A stretch of 49,724 bases of DNA from Candidatus Eiseniibacteriota bacterium. Lineage in GTDB: Bacteria > Arandabacterota > Arandabacteria > Arandabacterales > Arandabacteraceae. The notes below the pieces were generated by a model. It was not told the origin of the DNA. It worked only from the letters and a program-made list of their open reading frames with translations, and did no database searches. Both the position numbers and the translations under genes were made by a program. The stretch covers positions 1 through 49,724 of the forward strand of contig JBDRNT010000008.1 in NCBI GenBank assembly GCA_043810925.1, given 5' to 3'. Positions 26,016 through 35,262 of the stretch are shown here, in pieces (within the stretch, counting starts at the first letter, position 1; every line of letters starts with the position of its first letter).

Positions 26016-27557
26016 ATGCTAAGGTTTTTGACACTTCTGATTCTGGTTTTGCCTGTCTCGGTGTCGGGATCGGTGTCGGTATCGGAGATATCGGTTACCG
26101 TACCCTTCTTCTCACCCAACAATGACGGTGTTCAGGATCTGACCGGGATCAGCTTCAAGGTCGGATCGGACCGCGATACCGTATACGTCTGGATCTCGGT
26201 CACCGACCAGCAGGACAACCCCGTCAAGACTCTCGCCGAGGCGGAGGCCCGGGAGCCCGGAGGAGTGTATAAGCTCTGGGACGGGACGGATGCCTCGGGT
26301 GCCGCCGTAAGTGAAGGCATCTACAGTTTTGATATCGTGGCGATGGCAAACTCCGATTCCGATGGGCCGTACTCTGCAGGAGTGGTCCTCGATAGAACTG
26401 CACCGAATTTCACCACACTGATATACCCGAGCCCATACGTACCCGGACTTCCCTTCGCCGATTCCATCCTCACGGTGGAGATCACCGCGATCGACACAGA
26501 GCCGGACGACTGGCTTTCCCTCTGGATTATGAACCAGGCTCTGCCCGAAACCCTGTGCACGACCCAGCTGATCCACGGCGATGCCACATACGCGTGCACC
26601 TGGGACGGACGCGAAGAGGCTGACGGGACATATGAGCTGTTTGTCAGAGTCCGGGACCGTGCCGGTAACAGCAATCAGGCGTCCTACTCCATCAAACTTG
26701 ACGCGAGGGGTCCTGTTGTGGAGTTCACCTATCCTGAGAAGGCCTGGCTGGATTCAGTACCAACCAGTGTCGCGGGGTGGGTCTTCGACCAGAGTGATGT
26801 GGACTCCATTGGCCTGCGGTTCTCACAGGACAGCGAGTACCTACCGGTTAACATCATGTCCGCCGGAGATACGCTCATCTGGAATGTTGAATGGCCCGAA
26901 GACCTCAGGCATGGAGGAACATTCAACCTCGGATGCTATGCCGGCGACAGTATCGGTTACGAGACGGTCAAGACCTTTGTGGTCTATGTCGACACGACGA
27001 TACCCGTGACGCCGGTATTCGATGCACTTGACAGAGTCTCAAGCGCCGACGTCACCATGAGAGGCACCTCCTCTCCCAGTGATTCGGTGTTCGTCTATCT
27101 CATCCGGCCCGGGGCAAGTGAGAAGAGCGCCGGTGTCTTGTGCAATGCCGCCGGGAGGTTCCAGGCGGATTTCGAACTCGGCATCGGCCGGAACCTCTTC
27201 CGCGCATTCGCAAGAGACAGGGCGGGGAACGAATCAGACTGGTCGGACACCGCCATCGTGGTCTATGACGAGACTGTCGGGATAACAGTACCGGAGAAAC
27301 TCGATCCCGGAGCCAGGATCGATGTCAATCTTACGAGACCGGCAAGTGAGGTCATCCTGAGCATATTCTCAGTCGACGGCTATCATATTGTCACCAAGAC
27401 CTGGCAACCGAACGATCTTTACAGCGAGTTCGAGTGGGATCTTAAGGATGCCGACAACAAGGACGTGAGGAACGGACTGTACTTGTTGGTCTTTCAGGTC
27501 TCCTTTGCAGACGGTGGTCAGTCAGTAGAGAAAAGGGTGGTTGTAATATCACGATGA
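26016..27557 (+). CDS. Secreted multi-Ig protein with FlgD-Ig-like repeats
   Basis: Signal peptide, FSPNNDG.QD, WDGTD..G..V.EG.Y, WDGR...DG.Y, DRAGN repeats, C-terminal WDLKD...VRNGLY. TTGACA-N17-CAGAAT at 25967-25995. Confidence 0.8.
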   Translation: MLRFLTLLILVLPVSVSGSVSVSEISVTVPFFSPNNDGVQDLTGISFKVGSDRDTVYVWISVTDQQDNPVKTLAEAEAREPGGVYKLWDGTDASGAAVSEGIYSFDIVAMANSDSDGPYSAGVVLDRTAPNFTTLIYPSPYVPGLPFADSILTVEITAIDTEPDDWLSLWIMNQALPETLCTTQLIHGDATYACTWDGREEADGTYELFVRVRDRAGNSNQASYSIKLDARGPVVEFTYPEKAWLDSVPTSVAGWVFDQSDVDSIGLRFSQDSEYLPVNIMSAGDTLIWNVEWPEDLRHGGTFNLGCYAGDSIGYETVKTFVVYVDTTIPVTPVFDALDRVSSADVTMRGTSSPSDSVFVYLIRPGASEKSAGVLCNAAGRFQADFELGIGRNLFRAFARDRAGNESDWSDTAIVVYDETVGITVPEKLDPGARIDVNLTRPASEVILSIFSVDGYHIVTKTWQPNDLYSEFEWDLKDADNKDVRNGLYLLVFQVSFADGGQSVEKRVVVISR

Positions 27558-28480
27558 AAACGTTGATCTGCCTGTTTGTGACCGGTACATTGCTTATGTC
27601 CGCACACCGGGCACTCTGCCATGATGGGCGTGGTGGACTGACGCTCGAGCCGCAGGTTTCGACACGAGGCCTCTCAATGGGCGAGACAGGACTCGTGGGG
27701 ACCGGAGATGCCGAGAGTTTTGCCGTCAACCCCTCCTGCCTGCCTCTCGCCGCGACACTGCAGGCCGGGCTCGCGCACGGTAACCTGATCGACGGGGTGG
27801 CTTCCTCCGCGACCTGTTTTTCGATCGCATTCCCGTTCGGCACTTCAGAAGGGAATCCCGGGAGCAATGCCATACGACACAAGTATGGCCTGGGTTTTTC
27901 GTTTGACCACAAGGGCTTTGATCTGGCCCAGGGATCGCGCTGGTCCTGTCAAACAGTATCACTGGGTTTCGGCTATATGTTTTCCCAGTACGCATCAGCG
28001 GGCATCGTGTCCAAGACGCTTTTCAGCAGCTCCGACCTTGATGCTGTAGGGGTCAAAGCTTATGGCATAGACGTCGGGACACGGCTTGAGCTGAGCCCAC
28101 GGATCGATCTGGGGCTTGTTATCAGGAATCTTGTGGGCGGCGCGACGTGGGACGGTGGTGAGAACGAAGCTGTCCCGATGGTAGTCAATCTGGGAGGCAC
28201 GGTCATGATACCGTACGACATGTCCGCTGAGCTCGCCCTTGTTGTCGCCGGAAGTGGCGGCAGCAAGCTGGGGCTTGGCCTGGATGTGCCCGTCATGGAA
28301 ACGGGTTTCCACTTGCGGGGCGGTTACGCTTACAGAGCGGGTGACTACAGCAGGAGCCTTCTGACAGCCGGATTCGGTTTCCGCCACCAGCGCTACAGGC
28401 TTGCTTATGCCGTCCGCGTCGGTGATGAGAACGCCTTCGGCCTGACCCACCACTTCTCACTCAGCGGTGAACTCAGGTAA
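27554..28480 (+). CDS. PorV/PorQ-like outer-membrane beta-barrel
   Basis: Signal peptide, RGLSMGE...DAES.AVNP.CL, IDVG, LGLVIRNL, LRGGY, GFGF, C-terminal LTHHFSL; ATGA-coupled to the FlgD-Ig gene. Confidence 0.75.
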   Translation: MKTLICLFVTGTLLMSAHRALCHDGRGGLTLEPQVSTRGLSMGETGLVGTGDAESFAVNPSCLPLAATLQAGLAHGNLIDGVASSATCFSIAFPFGTSEGNPGSNAIRHKYGLGFSFDHKGFDLAQGSRWSCQTVSLGFGYMFSQYASAGIVSKTLFSSSDLDAVGVKAYGIDVGTRLELSPRIDLGLVIRNLVGGATWDGGENEAVPMVVNLGGTVMIPYDMSAELALVVAGSGGSKLGLGLDVPVMETGFHLRGGYAYRAGDYSRSLLTAGFGFRHQRYRLAYAVRVGDENAFGLTHHFSLSGELR

Positions 28481-28489
28481 CCCCTGCCT

Positions 28490-29386
28490 ATGACCGGGGA
28501 GCAACACGATTTCTTCAGGGCACAACTTGAGGAATGCACCCTCTGCCCGCGACGATGCGGTGTCAACAGACTTAAAGGCGAGGCCGGTTTCTGCAAGGCC
28601 GGAACCACCGTCAAGGTCGCAAGCTACTGTCTCCACACCGGCGAGGAACCACCCATCTCCGGCCGGAGCGGTTCCGGCACGATCTTTTTCGCCCGATGCA
28701 ATATGGCTTGTGTCTATTGCCAGAACTATCCCATAAGCCAACTTGGTCATGGCAACGAGGTCACGCGCGAACGGCTGACGGCGATGATGCTCGATCTTAG
28801 ACGCAGAGGGGCACACAACATAAACCTCGTGACCCCAACTCATTTCCTGCCCGGTATTGCCGAAGCCGTCATCTCTGCGAGACGGCAAGGCCTTGAGATT
28901 CCCATCGTCTATAACAGCAGTGGCTACGAGAGCACGGAGACAATAGAAATGCTCAAGGGCATAGTACAGGTCTACCTTGTGGACATGCGTTACTCAAACG
29001 CCCAATCCGCACTCAAGTACTCCGATTCGCCTGACTATCCGTATCATAACAGGCTTGCTGTGAAGCGAATGCTTGATCAGGTCGGGCCTCTTGAGTGTAC
29101 CGGCGGCCTTGCCACCCATGGCGTAATAATACGGCACCTCCTCTTACCTTCACTCATGTCGGAGACAAGGGAAACGCTCGATTTCATATCAAAGATGTTC
29201 GGTCCGGACGTGCCGGTCAGCCTGATGTCGCAGTACTTCCCCGCAAACAGGGCCCATATCTTTCCTGAAATCAACAGAAAGATATCGACGCGCGAATACA
29301 ACGAGGCCGTCAACCTTCTCGAACTCCGTGGTATCGGCAACGGCTGGATTCAGGACCCCGACTCGGCCGGGGGTCCCGTGGCCTAA
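28490..29386 (+). CDS. PflX-like radical SAM protein (putative glycyl-radical activase-like family)
   Basis: CTLCPRRCGVNR, HTGEEPPISG..GSGTIFF, CNMACVYCQNY.IS, NINLVTPTH, IIRHLLLP, SLMSQYFP. Confidence 0.92.
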   Translation: MTGEQHDFFRAQLEECTLCPRRCGVNRLKGEAGFCKAGTTVKVASYCLHTGEEPPISGRSGSGTIFFARCNMACVYCQNYPISQLGHGNEVTRERLTAMMLDLRRRGAHNINLVTPTHFLPGIAEAVISARRQGLEIPIVYNSSGYESTETIEMLKGIVQVYLVDMRYSNAQSALKYSDSPDYPYHNRLAVKRMLDQVGPLECTGGLATHGVIIRHLLLPSLMSETRETLDFISKMFGPDVPVSLMSQYFPANRAHIFPEINRKISTREYNEAVNLLELRGIGNGWIQDPDSAGGPVA

Positions 29387-29448
29387 AGACCGGCCGGCAG
29401 GCGGCCGATAATGTAACGGATACATGTGAATCTCATGGAGGAACACAT

Positions 29449-30864
29449 TTGCCCGAACCATCAGTACTTCAAGGCGACCGCGTGGCGGTAAAACGCCAGG
29501 ACCGGCTGAGTCTGCCGGTCCAGGAGTATGCTTTACTTGTTCCGTTTGCGATCACAAGATCTGCAATCGTCACCCATGACTCGGGAAACCTGCCTGCCTC
29601 CGGGAAACTCCCGGCTGAGGTCTTCCTCCGGGAAGACATCCTCACCGGCGGCGTGACCGTAAGCGCTTCGGACGATGAAATGTCCGGGACAGGGTTGGAG
29701 GACGTATTCGCACCCGCCTACGGTCAGGTGATACGGTCGGTCTTGCTTGATCGCGGCGACTCACCGGGTGGGATCTTGCTCAGCAAGTCTCCCGCGAGCC
29801 AGCCTGCAGACGAGGTCGGCGCCGCGCTTGGTCGCAATACAGACCACCTGGATACGGCTCTTGCCCAGGCACAGCATACGCTCCGCGAATACGAGCGCTC
29901 GTTACTCAGCAGCACGTTCCGATACACGGCGCCCTGCCTGGTTGTCAACGAGAGCAAGAAGACGGTATTTGCCAACGCGATGTTCTCCGAACTCGTGGGT
30001 ATCGGTTATAACGATCTGATTGGCAGCCAATTGACGGACTTCATCCACCTTGACAAGGATTTCGGATCCGACGTTCCCCTCCTACCGGAGTACGAAGAGG
30101 TGACGACGCCACTGTTTGTGAAGACACAGTCACGGTTCTTCGTCTCGGACGTGAGGTTGTCCAGACTCTCGACGCCGTGTGGCGACCGGTTCATATACTC
30201 CTTCAGCGACCTGTCGACAGAACGGAGAAGGGGCAACAGCAACATACAGTTGATCCAGAAACTGTCGGCCATGATGATCAGCGAGGAGCCGCCACAGACC
30301 GTACTACGCAGACTGGTTAACGCACTTGCCCTCACACTCGACTGTGACCTTGTGTGTATCATGCAAAGAAAGAACAATAATGAGATGATAGCCACCCCGT
30401 ATACGAACCGACGGCTGGAGACGTTGCGGATCAACTTCATCCAGCCCGAGAAGGAACCTGTGCTGCAACCTTACCTGTCGCACGGAGCTCCGGTCCTTTG
30501 CGACGATGTCGAGAAGTCCTGTGATGCGCAGAGTTTCTTCCGGCGGGTCCTTCCCATCTCCAGGTTTGCTCTTGTACCTGCCGGGGACGGACCGCACGCG
30601 CGCCACGCCCTGCTTATGGCCTGGTCGCGAAGCAGCACAGCCATTGGTACCGAAGCCCTCCCCCTGCTTAAGGTCGCGGCCAATCTTCTTGCTACCATAC
30701 TGGCAAGTGCAAGACAGGGTCGCGACACCGAACAGGAAAGGGATATGCTCCGGCGATACACGGCGCTGACGACGGGCCGGGAGGCGAAGATGGCCGGGTT
30801 GAAGAAGGAAAACGCCCACCTGAGGGAACTGCTGACCAAACTCAGCGAAGCAGGCAAGGAGTGA
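29449..30864 (+). CDS. PAS/GAF-containing sensor protein with C-terminal coiled coil and no recognisable output domain
   Basis: PAS-like (VFANAMFSELVG...DLIG), GAF-like region, tail TGREAKMAGLKKENAHLRELL; TTG start behind GGAGG. Confidence 0.7.
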   Translation: MPEPSVLQGDRVAVKRQDRLSLPVQEYALLVPFAITRSAIVTHDSGNLPASGKLPAEVFLREDILTGGVTVSASDDEMSGTGLEDVFAPAYGQVIRSVLLDRGDSPGGILLSKSPASQPADEVGAALGRNTDHLDTALAQAQHTLREYERSLLSSTFRYTAPCLVVNESKKTVFANAMFSELVGIGYNDLIGSQLTDFIHLDKDFGSDVPLLPEYEEVTTPLFVKTQSRFFVSDVRLSRLSTPCGDRFIYSFSDLSTERRRGNSNIQLIQKLSAMMISEEPPQTVLRRLVNALALTLDCDLVCIMQRKNNNEMIATPYTNRRLETLRINFIQPEKEPVLQPYLSHGAPVLCDDVEKSCDAQSFFRRVLPISRFALVPAGDGPHARHALLMAWSRSSTAIGTEALPLLKVAANLLATILASARQGRDTEQERDMLRRYTALTTGREAKMAGLKKENAHLRELLTKLSEAGKE

Positions 30865-33110
30865 TTGAGAAGATGCCGGATGTCTCCCCGAATCCTCTGA
30901 CAGACCAGGTGCGAGTGCTGACCGATATTCCGGCCAACGTGCCCGACTTCGACGCGGCGTCGCCTGAGTCGATGTCGGTCTGGCTTTCGGGGTTCCTCGA
31001 GCGTGTTCGGGGCAAGCTCAACCTCTACGGTTTGATGTTCTTTATCTCTTCGCAAACAGATACCAAGGTTCTTGCAAGCCACGGACTTGAAGGGACAGAC
31101 ACAGACCGGCTGATCGAAGCGGTCGAGTACTCGGGGGATCAGATACCGGCCGCTATGCACCATGCAGACGGGTCCACGCGTTCCGGAACGGACCATACCG
31201 ATACCATCACCATCAAGAGGGACGAGCGGTTCTGGACAGTCATCAGAGCCGATCTGCCCGACGACTCCCGTGTGTGGTGCGTCTTTGTCACCGACAACGA
31301 TGTCGACCCAGGTCTTGGTCAGGTCCTCGCCGCTGTGGCGGACCACGTAGCCAGAGTCGCCACCGTAGGAGTCATGGCCACGCAGACCGGACAGCTTACA
31401 CAGGAACTCGAGAAGACGAGACAGGAAATCACGGAGATGCAGATGTCCTCCCTGAACATATTGGAGGATCTTCAGAGAAGAAACCGTGACCTGGAGACAC
31501 TCAACACTCTCGCCGACGATATAGCCAGCTGTACAACGCTTGAGGAGCTGGCAAAAGGTGCAGCCGAGGCCGCATCGGACATGCTCGATGGCGCCACAGT
31601 GGCCGTCTATGTTTACAACGACACCGGTTCATTCCTGGAGCCCGCACACATGACGGGCGATCACGGGCTGAGTGACGTCGACGATATCAGGATCGATGCA
31701 GGGGATCCGATTCTCCAGAAGATCTCCGATGGCAAGGAAATCCGATTCGATCATATGGACGATTCGACCGGCCCCAAGCTCGCCGCAACGATCGGGGCCA
31801 AGACGTGCATCCTCGTCCCCATGTGCTCCAGGGGCAGGACGCTGGGTCTCCTGGCCGCCTGTGAAACCCGGTGGCTCCGGATATTCACTGATGATGACGT
31901 GGCAAACCTGAGAGTCTTCTCTACAACGCTTGCACTGGCAATGGAAAACGCAAGACTCACGGCCCGGATCGCAGATGAAGCCGACAAGGGCAACGCACTG
32001 AAGGAGTATACCGAGGCCGTTGTCGACAGTGTCGACATGGGTGTGATCGTCGTCGATGCCGACCTGACAATAACGATGATGAACAAGGGGCTTGAGAGGA
32101 TGTACGGGCATCGCCAGGAGGAGTTCCGTGGCAAGCACATGTTCGAGGCCTTCCCCCATCTCATGGAGCAGGGTTGTGCCGAGATCGCCCAGCAGGTATT
32201 CAATGGCATGCCTTTTGAGCGATGCGGATGGCGCAGACGGCTTGCCGATGGCCGGGAAGCGGTCCAGAATATCAGGGTTGCGCCGCAACGTGACAAGTCC
32301 GGAAAGGTGAGCGGCGCCATCGTCGTCATAGAGGATGTCACGGAAAGAGCCAGGCTCGAAGAGAGGCTCGCCAAGTCCGAGGCCAAGTTCAGCCGGGTTG
32401 TCGAGGACCTTGACGACGGCTACCTTATCATCACAGATGGGAAGATAGCTTATGCCAACAAGGCGGCGTCGACGCTGACCGGCAGGGCCGCCTTCAAACT
32501 GCTCGGACTGGGCATCAGCGAGATAATCTCCGACGAGAGACTGATATCAGAGTGTACCGGACCGACCGGCGCCAAGCTCAAAGTCGAGTCGAGAATCAAT
32601 CACGCCAGCGGGACCTGGATACCAGTCGATGTGACCATAAGCTCATCTGAATACGGCGGCAGACATGTCGTGTCCGTGATAATGTCGGACATAACAGACA
32701 AAAAGAAAATCGAGAAACAGCTCGAACAGAAAAACCGGGAGATGCGCCAGCGCAGCGAGCAGATAACAAGGCTCAATCTCGAGCTCGAGGCCACTGTAAA
32801 CAAGCTCAAGGCTTCCCAGGAGAATCTCATCAAATCAGAGCGGGTGGCAGCAATAACCGAGACAGCTGTTGCGGCCAACCATGAAATAAACAATCCGCTG
32901 TTCTCGGTACTCGGTGAGGCGCAGCTCCTGCTGAGGAAGTACAAAGGCCAGGATGAGGAAACCCTCCGGAGGCTCCGGATGATCGAGGAGTCTGCACTCA
33001 GGATCTCCTGCGTCACAAAGAAACTGGCGAACCTGGCCGATCCCGTCGTGAAAGAATACCCGGGCATAACAGCTCACATGATCGATCTCGATAAATCAAC
33101 GACCAGGTGA
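30861..33110 (+). CDS. GAF-PAS-PAS-HisKA protein lacking the HATPase_c domain
   Basis: GAF (LVPM...LGLL...FTDDD...LAMENARL), two PAS/PAC domains (ending EDVTER and SDITDKK), H-box AANHEINNPL, then stop ~75 aa later with no N/G1/G2 boxes. Confidence 0.85.
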   Translation: MIEKMPDVSPNPLTDQVRVLTDIPANVPDFDAASPESMSVWLSGFLERVRGKLNLYGLMFFISSQTDTKVLASHGLEGTDTDRLIEAVEYSGDQIPAAMHHADGSTRSGTDHTDTITIKRDERFWTVIRADLPDDSRVWCVFVTDNDVDPGLGQVLAAVADHVARVATVGVMATQTGQLTQELEKTRQEITEMQMSSLNILEDLQRRNRDLETLNTLADDIASCTTLEELAKGAAEAASDMLDGATVAVYVYNDTGSFLEPAHMTGDHGLSDVDDIRIDAGDPILQKISDGKEIRFDHMDDSTGPKLAATIGAKTCILVPMCSRGRTLGLLAACETRWLRIFTDDDVANLRVFSTTLALAMENARLTARIADEADKGNALKEYTEAVVDSVDMGVIVVDADLTITMMNKGLERMYGHRQEEFRGKHMFEAFPHLMEQGCAEIAQQVFNGMPFERCGWRRRLADGREAVQNIRVAPQRDKSGKVSGAIVVIEDVTERARLEERLAKSEAKFSRVVEDLDDGYLIITDGKIAYANKAASTLTGRAAFKLLGLGISEIISDERLISECTGPTGAKLKVESRINHASGTWIPVDVTISSSEYGGRHVVSVIMSDITDKKKIEKQLEQKNREMRQRSEQITRLNLELEATVNKLKASQENLIKSERVAAITETAVAANHEINNPLFSVLGEAQLLLRKYKGQDEETLRRLRMIEESALRISCVTKKLANLADPVVKEYPGITAHMIDLDKSTTR

Positions 33111-33132
33111 GCGGACGTCTCTGATCCCCGAC

Positions 33133-35133
33133 CTACCCGAACAGCTGTTGATGCAGATTGTAGAGGACCAGCCCGAATACAAGCGATACAACCGACATAA
33201 GCTTTATAAGTATGTTCATGGATGGGCCTGAAGTGTCTTTAAAGGGATCACCGACGGTATCCCCGACAACAGCTGCCTTGTGAGCGTCGGATCCCTTGCC
33301 GCCGAGGTGACCCTCCTCTATCCACTTCTTGGCGTTGTCCCATGCCCCACCACCATTAGCCATCATTATCGCCAGCAACACGCCCGTAACGGTTGCACCT
33401 GCAAGGAGACCTCCCAGTGCCTCCCGACCCAGCAGTATCCCGACGATCGCCGGAGAACAGACGGCGAGGACGCCGGGACCGATCATCTCCCGTAGAGCTC
33501 CTTTTGTACTTATGTCCACGCACCGGGCTGAGTCCGGCTTCGCCTTGCCCTCCATCAAGCCTGTAATCTCCCGGAACTGCCGTCTCACCTCTTCCACCAT
33601 CCTGAATGCGGCTCTTCCCACCGCGCGCATGGTGAGCGCAGCAAACAGAAACGGAAGCGCCCCTCCTATGAGCAAACCTATAATCGTCCTGGGCTCCTTG
33701 ATGTCGATGACCTCAAGTCCCACCTTACGGGAATACGCAGTAAAGAGTGCGAGCGCCGTCAGGGCGGCCGAACCGATCGCGAAACCCTTGCCCATGGCGG
33801 CGGTTGTGTTGCCGAGTGAATCCAGCCTGTCAGTGATCTTGCGAACACCGGGACCAAGCCCGCTCATCTCCGCAATCCCGCCGGCATTGTCGGCAATCGG
33901 CCCGTAGGCGTCGACAGACATCGTCATCCCGATGGTTGCAAGCATCCCCACCGCGGCCATGCCGATGCCATAGACACCCGCGAAGTAATGCGCGGCGTAA
34001 ATCGCACCCGCTATTGCGAGAATCGGAAGCGTCGTGCTCATCATGCCCACCGAGAGCCCGGCGATTATGTTGGTCGCCACCCCTGTCTTGCAGGCCTCGG
34101 CGATGGTCTTTACCGGCGGCCCCGAGGTGTAATACTCCGACAGGAGTCCGATCGCGACACCTGCAAGTATGCCCGAAAGCACCGCCGAGGCGTAGTTGGA
34201 GCTGAGTCCTATCTTCCCTACGACGACGTACGTGGCCGCGACCAGAAGAGCGACACTCACATATGTCGAATACCGTAGCGCCGCCTGGGGATTCCCTGAC
34301 TGAAAGATCCGCACTGACAGGGTCCCGATGAACGACGCAACCGTACCGATCGCCACGATGAGTATCGGAAGCGCAACCAGCCACTCCTTGTGGGGCACAT
34401 CCAGCGTGACGGCAATCGCAATGCTCGCGACCACCGAGCCGACATAGGATTCGAACAGGTCGGCACCCATGCCCGCCGTATCACCGACATTGTCGCCGAC
34501 GTTGTCCGCTATCACAGCAGGGTTCCTGGGATCGTCTTCAGGTATCCCCGCCTCAATTTTCCCAACCAGATCAGCTCCGACGTCGGCCGACTTGGTATAG
34601 ATACCGCCGCCCACACGGGCGAAGAGCGCTATCGAGCTGGCACCCATCGCAAAACCACTGACAACCTTGCTGGTAAGCGCCAGATCGCTCTTGAATATGA
34701 AATAGAGCACCGAAAGTCCCAGCACGCCGAGGCCGGCCACGGCCATACCCATTACGGCGCCGCCGGAGAAGGCAATGCTGAGGGCCTTGCTCTGGCTGAC
34801 GGTTGCTCCCTGAGTGGCCCTGACATTGGCCCGCGTTGCCGCACTGAGCCCAAGGAAACCCGCAAGCATCGATGAGAAGGCACCTGCCAGAAAGGCTATG
34901 CCGCTCGTCAGACCTATCGCGAAAGTCAGAACCACGAACAGGACGACCACGAAGACGAGGAGCGTGAGATACTCGCGCTTGAGGAAAGCCATTGCTCCCG
35001 TGTGAATGAGATCGGAGATCTCCTTCATCTTCTCGGTCCCGTATGGATTCCGCTTTACGAGCACAAACAGAATGCCCGCGTAGATCAGTCCAACAACACC
35101 TACCAACATTCCGACCAAGGGTACTGTGTTCAT
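33133..35133 (-). CDS. hppA: K+-dependent membrane pyrophosphatase, probably Na+-translocating
   Basis: [59 protein letters not shown] has Ala/Gly at the K+-dependence positions; DLFESY glutamate. Confidence 0.96.
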   Translation of the reverse strand: MNTVPLVGMLVGVVGLIYAGILFVLVKRNPYGTEKMKEISDLIHTGAMAFLKREYLTLLVFVVVLFVVLTFAIGLTSGIAFLAGAFSSMLAGFLGLSAATRANVRATQGATVSQSKALSIAFSGGAVMGMAVAGLGVLGLSVLYFIFKSDLALTSKVVSGFAMGASSIALFARVGGGIYTKSADVGADLVGKIEAGIPEDDPRNPAVIADNVGDNVGDTAGMGADLFESYVGSVVASIAIAVTLDVPHKEWLVALPILIVAIGTVASFIGTLSVRIFQSGNPQAALRYSTYVSVALLVAATYVVVGKIGLSSNYASAVLSGILAGVAIGLLSEYYTSGPPVKTIAEACKTGVATNIIAGLSVGMMSTTLPILAIAGAIYAAHYFAGVYGIGMAAVGMLATIGMTMSVDAYGPIADNAGGIAEMSGLGPGVRKITDRLDSLGNTTAAMGKGFAIGSAALTALALFTAYSRKVGLEVIDIKEPRTIIGLLIGGALPFLFAALTMRAVGRAAFRMVEEVRRQFREITGLMEGKAKPDSARCVDISTKGALREMIGPGVLAVCSPAIVGILLGREALGGLLAGATVTGVLLAIMMANGGGAWDNAKKWIEEGHLGGKGSDAHKAAVVGDTVGDPFKDTSGPSMNILIKLMSVVSLVFGLVLYNLHQQLFG

Positions 35134-35169
35134 TGGTTCCCTCCGAATGCCAAGACCGATGCTTCATCT

Positions 35170-35262
35170 CCAACCCGGTAATTCAGAAGCCCTCTACTGA
35201 TGTTTCTGAATTGTCCGGGCTGGCGGGTCAGAATGCTACATCAAAGGAGTTAGCGACGTCAA
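35170..35262 (-). promoter_or_regulatory. Putative hppA promoter and 5'-UTR stem-loop
   Basis: TTGACG-N18-TAGCAT (35262-35233), followed at once by a CCAGCCCGG..AATTCAGAA / TTCTGAATT.CCGGGTTGG hairpin (35223-35170). Confidence 0.5.
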
